64,000 nucleotides of DNA. It comes from Podarcis erhardii (taxonomy: Eukaryota). Where the stretch lies: NCBI GenBank assembly GCA_964252035.1, contig OZ176213.1. One strand, 5' to 3'. Within the stretch, counting starts at the first letter, position 1; every line of letters starts with the position of its first letter. The position numbers and the translations under genes are program-made. The notes under the pieces were generated by a model, which did not search any database, had not been told where the DNA came from, and worked only from the letters and a program-made list of their open reading frames with translations. Positions 59,575 through 64,000 of this stretch are shown here, one piece after another.

Positions 59575-60053
59575 AGGTAAAGGTAAAGGGACCCCTGACC
59601 ATTAGGTCCAGTCACAGATGACTCTGGGGTTGCAGCGCTCATCTCGCTTTACTGGCTGAGGGAGCCGGCCTACAGCTTCCGGGTCATGTGGCCAGCATGA
59701 CTAAGCCGCTTCTGGCGAACCAGAGCAGCGCACGGAAACGCTGTTTACCTTCCCGCCGGAGCGGTACCTATTTATCTACTTGCACTTTGATGTGCTTTCA
59801 AACTGCTAGGTAAAGGGACCCCTGACCATTAAGTCAAGTCATGGCCGACTCTGGGGTTGCGGAGCTTATCTCACTTTATTGGCCGAGGGAGCTGGTGTAC
59901 AGCTTCTGGGTCATGTTACCTATTTATCTACTTGCACTTTGACGTGCTTTCGAACTGCTAGGTTGGCAAGAGCAGGGACCGAGCAACGGGAGCTCACCCC
60001 GTCACGGGGATTCGAACCGCCAACCTTCTGATTGGCAAGACCTGGGCTCTGTG
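59575..60053 (-). mobile_element. Sauria SINE, tandem partial dimer
   Basis: (TTTACC)n tail in reverse, AGATAAATAGGTA core and tRNA-derived head GGTTCGAATCCCC in reverse. The second copy restarts at about 59810. Confidence 0.9.
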
Positions 60054-60294
60054 ATATTCCTGCCTGAAACCCTGGAGAGCCCCTGCCAGTCAGTGTAGAC
60101 GAGACTGAGCTAAATGGACCAAGGATTTGACCCGGGATAAAGCACTTTCCTTTGTTCCTACTTGCCTAAAGTTAAGCTGAGATTTCAACCGGGGCTGTCC
60201 AGCTCATCGCCCCTGGTCTTTGTCACACCATTCTACACATGCTATAGACATATTTAACCATTTACATATCCAGCCCTGAGTATTTACGGTGTGC

Positions 60295-60480
60295 ACAAAC
60301 TTCTAACAATTTCCAGATCTCCAGGAGGGAGCAGTGGGAGGTGGGATCTGTCTCCATCCATCAGTCATATTTTGCCGGTGGGCCAGGAGGCACTCCCTGA
60401 CAGGCTGTTGTGATGTGAGGAAGATGTGAGTTGTCGCTCCACAGACACAGCTGGGGGCAGATGAAGGCAGTGAGCTAAGT
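60295..60480 (-). mobile_element. RTE-like LINE 3' remnant
   Basis: Shares GGGGCAGATGAAGGCA with about 35829-35845. Confidence 0.45.
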
Positions 60481-61184
60481 GGCTGATGCATAATTGATGC
60501 TAATTGATCTGCCGGCCTCCAAAGGGCCGCAGATGCAATGCAAGGCCAGGCAGCAGCCAGGCAGAGCAGCAGGGTCTGGCCTCACCTCCCTGCTCTGCAG
60601 CTGCAGCTCCCAGCCTTCTGAGCATGCTCCAGAGAGGGCCTGCAAAAGAGCATTGTGCCATAGCTTCTTTTTGGGGGGAGTTGTTCAGACAAGCTGCCGT
60701 GCTTTATTTAAGAATACAGAAAGCTGCCTTCTACCAAGTCAGACCACTTGCCCGTCTATTTCTAATTTTGCATTTAGATTCCACCTTTTTTCTTTCCTCC
60801 AAGGAGCATACATGGTTCTCCCCCACCTCACTTTAAAAAAAATAATATTAAATTTTCCATTTTAACAATCCAATGAAAACCACATTAAAACATTCCAAAT
60901 TATCATACAATCAAAAAAGCCAAACAATCATGCCAAATTATGTATCTTTGGGTGGCTTCCCATGCTCTGAAGTTCAGGGAGTGGTGATCTAATAGTGTAC
61001 TGCATCCCTTAATTAGTCCAATAGTCCCAATGAATATTTCTGATGTTGATCCTTCATTTATTTTTAACAGCCTCTGAGTTCGTTTAACAAGCGGGTTAGT
61101 CCTTTGTAGTTCTGTGTGAAATATTTTAATTTTCTTCTTCATTTTCCTGTTGTAATCCAGTGTTCTCATCTACTTTCACTCCTC

Positions 61185-61325
61185 CACCTCATTTAATCCC
61201 CACAACAACCCTGTGAGGTAGGTTTGGGTGACAGGTAGGGACTGACCCAAGAGCTTCCTGGCCGAGTGGGGATTCGAACCCTGGTCTTTCCCAGGTCCTC
61301 GTCACTCTAACCACTATGTCACATC
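61185..61325 (-). mobile_element. MIR-like CORE SINE remnant
   Basis: CTCATTTAATCCCCACAACAACCCTGTGAGGTAG core and GGGATTCGAACCC B-box. Confidence 0.65.
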
Positions 61326-61823
61326 TAGCTCAACACTGATTTCAGCCAAGGAGTCCTACCTGGAGATGCTGCCCAGGGGTTGAACCTGGCACCTCCCACA
61401 CACAAAGCAGATGCTAAGCCACCAAGCTATGACCCTTCCCTGTCATTTATGAAGCTTTATTTCCCTTGAGAAAATGTCACCCTCCAAATGGGAATGAAGG
61501 ACACACACAGCGTCTTCATCTGCAGCTTAGGAGAGAGGAACCGCACTTCTCGTGTCAGAAGCTCTCACGGGCTGGAGGGAGTCTACTTGGTGAGAGGCTT
61601 TATGTGTTGGACTCAGCTGGCAGAGACAACTGGGCACCTGCAACTCCCATTAGCTCCAGACAGCACAGCTGGTGCATCCAGATGCTCTGAGGGCTGAGGT
61701 GTGTTTGTGTGTGGAATGGATGGAGAAATCCATATCACATGCAAAAAAAGACTTTGCCTGGAGACAAATGGTCTGTGTTTACTTTCAGAGAGTTGAGAGT
61801 CCTTTGAAAGAGGGATCCTTCTA

Positions 61824-62049
61824 CAGTGGTACCTCAGGTTACATACGCTTCAGGTTACATACGCTTCAGGTTACAGACTCTGCTAACCCAGAAATAGTGC
61901 TTCAGGTTAAGAACTTTGCTTCAGGATAAGAACAGAAATCGTGCTCCGACGGCATGACGGCAGCAGGAGGCCCCCATTAGCTAAAGTGGTGCTTCAGGTT
62001 AAGAATGGACCTCTGGAACGAATTAAGTACTTAATCCGAGGAACCACTG
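61824..62049. mobile_element. Tc1/mariner-type MITE family A
   Basis: TA-flanked. Abuts the next MITE through the TA at 62050-62051. Confidence 0.9.
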
Positions 62050-62051
62050 TA

Positions 62052-62380
62052 CAGTGGTGCCCCGCAAGACGGAAAACTCGCTAGACGAAAGAGTTTTCTG
62101 TTTTGGAGGTGCTTTGCAAAACGAATTTCCTATGGGCTTGCTTTGCAAGACGAAAATGTCTTGCGAGTTCCTGCGGGTTTTTTTCCCTCCCCCCCCCCTT
62201 TTTCTAAGCCGCTAAGCCGCTTATCCGCTTATCTGCTAAGCCGCTAAGCCGCTAAAAGCCGCTAAGCCGCTAATAGCGCTAATCCGCTAAGCCGTCAATG
62301 GGCTTGCTTCGCAAGACGAAAAAACCGCTAGACGAAGAGAATCGCAGAACGGATTCTTTTCGTCTTGCGAGGCACCACTG
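62052..62380. mobile_element. Tc1/mariner-type MITE family B with internal (TAAGCCGC)n array
   Basis: TIR CAGTGGTGCCCCGCAAGACG/CGTCTTGCGAGGCACCACTG, TA-flanked. Confidence 0.9.
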
Positions 62381-62511
62381 TACTTAGATGTGGGTAGACT
62401 AAGCCAGGCAGGTCCGACAGGTTTCTGTAAGGCTTCAAAGGCCTGTAAAACTTGCTGGACCAGATAACAACAGCAGAAAAGGGGAAAGGCATTCCTGCAG
62501 GATGGACAATG

Positions 62512-62678
62512 CAGTGGCATAGCGTGGGTTGTCAGCACCCGGGGCAAGGCAAGTAATTTGTGCCACCTAACCCGTGGATTTTAGGTAGGGGCAGAGAGCT
62601 GCGAGTGCAAGCGCACCCCCCCAGATGTTGCGCCCGGTGCGGCCATCCCCCCCCTGCACCCCCCACGCTATGCCACTG
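62512..62678. mobile_element. hAT-type MITE
   Basis: 17-bp TIR CAGTGGCATAGCGTGGG/CCCACGCTATGCCACTG with a perfect 8-bp TSD GGACAATG. Confidence 0.92.
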
Positions 62679-63399
62679 GGACAATGATGCCTTTGTTCAT
62701 CTTACCACTTTTGACTCTTAAAAAAAGAACAACGATTGTCTCTACTTTCCGCATCGCAATTTCCACGCATGCCTGGACGGTGACCCATTGCTGCTGCAAT
62801 CCCATTTAGCACACCTCTTCCCCATTAACCTTGGCAGAGCAGCGCAGCAAAACAGCAGCTGGAACTCTCTGGAGAGCCAGCTAATGTACAAGGAAGGCAA
62901 AGGGCAATGGTTTTAACTGGGCCGCCTTTAACATTAACCTGAAGTCTTGGCTTTAAAACTTTTGCCTGGAATCACGTAGCTGTGCAGTTTCAGTTGACGG
63001 CACCTGACTCAGGGTGCTAGCATAGCTCTCGTTTCCTGTAAGGTGCCAAGGGGGCAGGATCAAACCAGGGCCTCCAGCAGCCAGCCTTTGGTGCCTCTCC
63101 ACTTGCACCACCGGCAACCCTTTGGGAGGTATTTGTAATTTAGAGAAAAAGGGGACAAAGAGGAAACATAATAGAACTGTAACAAAAACTCCCTTTCTCC
63201 TAACTCCTAGAACTCATGGACTTCAAGTGAAGTTGAACACTGGAAAACTGGGGGCAGATCAAATAAAGGACATGCAGCACATTTGTGGAACTCCACCCCA
63301 CCCCACCCCACCCCACCCCACCGAGGGCCACCAACTTGGATGGCTTTAAAAGAGAATTGGAAAAATTTATGGAGGATAATAATACTGATGATGATGATA

Positions 63400-64000
63400 A
63401 ATTATTTATACCCCACCCATCTGGCTGGGTTTCCCCAGCCACTCTGGGCAGCTCCCAACAGAATACAGTGGTACCTCTAGATGCGAACAGCATCCGTTCC
63501 GGAGCACCGTACGCATCTAGAAGCAAACGTAACCAGCGACGGCACGTCTGCGCACGAACACATCGCTTTTCACCGCTTCTGTGCATGCGTGTGACGTCAT
63601 TTTGAGCATCTGCGCATGCGCAATCATCAAAACCCGGAAGTAACGCACTCTGTTACTTCCAGGTTGCCGCGGAGCGCAACTCGAACACGCTCATCCTGAA
63701 GCACATTCAACCTGAGGTATGATTGTATTAATAATAACAAAGCAATAAAACTTCAGACATTAAAAACGTGCCTAAACAGGGCTGCCTTCAGATGTCTTCT
63801 AAAAGTCAGATCGTTGTTTATTTCCTTGACAACTGATGGGAGGCCATTCCATAGCCACTACCAAGAAGGCCCCCTGCCTGGTTCCCTGTAACTTCTTGCA
63901 GTGAGGGAACTACCAGAAGGCCCTTGGAGCTGGACATCGGTGTCTGGGCTGAACGATGAGGGTGGAGACGTTCCTTCAGGTATACTGGGCCGAGGCCGTT
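63400..64000 (-). mobile_element. L2-like LINE 3' fragment interrupted by a MITE
   Basis: The tail at 63400-63465 and body at 63726-64000 match 41499-41893. Confidence 0.8.
63466..63725. mobile_element. Tc1/mariner-type MITE family C nested in an L2 fragment
   Basis: CAGTGGTACCTC...GAGGTATGATTG between TA dinucleotides, splitting an L2 3' end. Confidence 0.8.

Noticed and set aside
62205-62295. Regular (TAAGCCGC)n array, superficially CRISPR-like or telomere-like
   Set aside because: It has no unique spacers, lies inside a TIR-bounded MITE, and the context is eukaryotic.

Overview
Eukaryotic genomic DNA, most likely from a squamate reptile (probably a lacertid lizard, inferred from Sauria SINE, Bov-B, L2, CR1 and RTE repeats). 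The window carries the ANP32A - SPESP1 - NOX5 block. ANP32A coding exon 1 is on the minus strand (6749-6802) and its intron 1 runs off the left edge. A SPESP1-like gene on the plus strand can be assembled from four phase-consistent coding exons (15112-25740, 548 aa). NOX5 is complete on the plus strand with 15 coding exons (31632-50754, 713 aa). The remainder is intronic or intergenic DNA dense in LINE fragments, SINEs, mariner- and hAT-type MITEs, a probable solo LTR and microsatellites. The main observations are: (1) this NOX5 lacks the CxxC segment of the dehydrogenase insertion; (2) SPESP1 has a signal-peptide exon, two extra micro-exons and a 12-aa tandem repeat; (3) an in-frame alternative acceptor lies inside NOX5 EF-hand 3; (4) a 2.1-kb L1-derived element without reverse transcriptase (HAL1-like) has a 20-bp target-site duplication; (5) there are hairpin and inverted-repeat structures in SPESP1 intron 1. 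Exon boundaries and translations were read by hand. Comparisons with human proteins are from memory and need an alignment to confirm. No prokaryotic features or CRISPR arrays were found.
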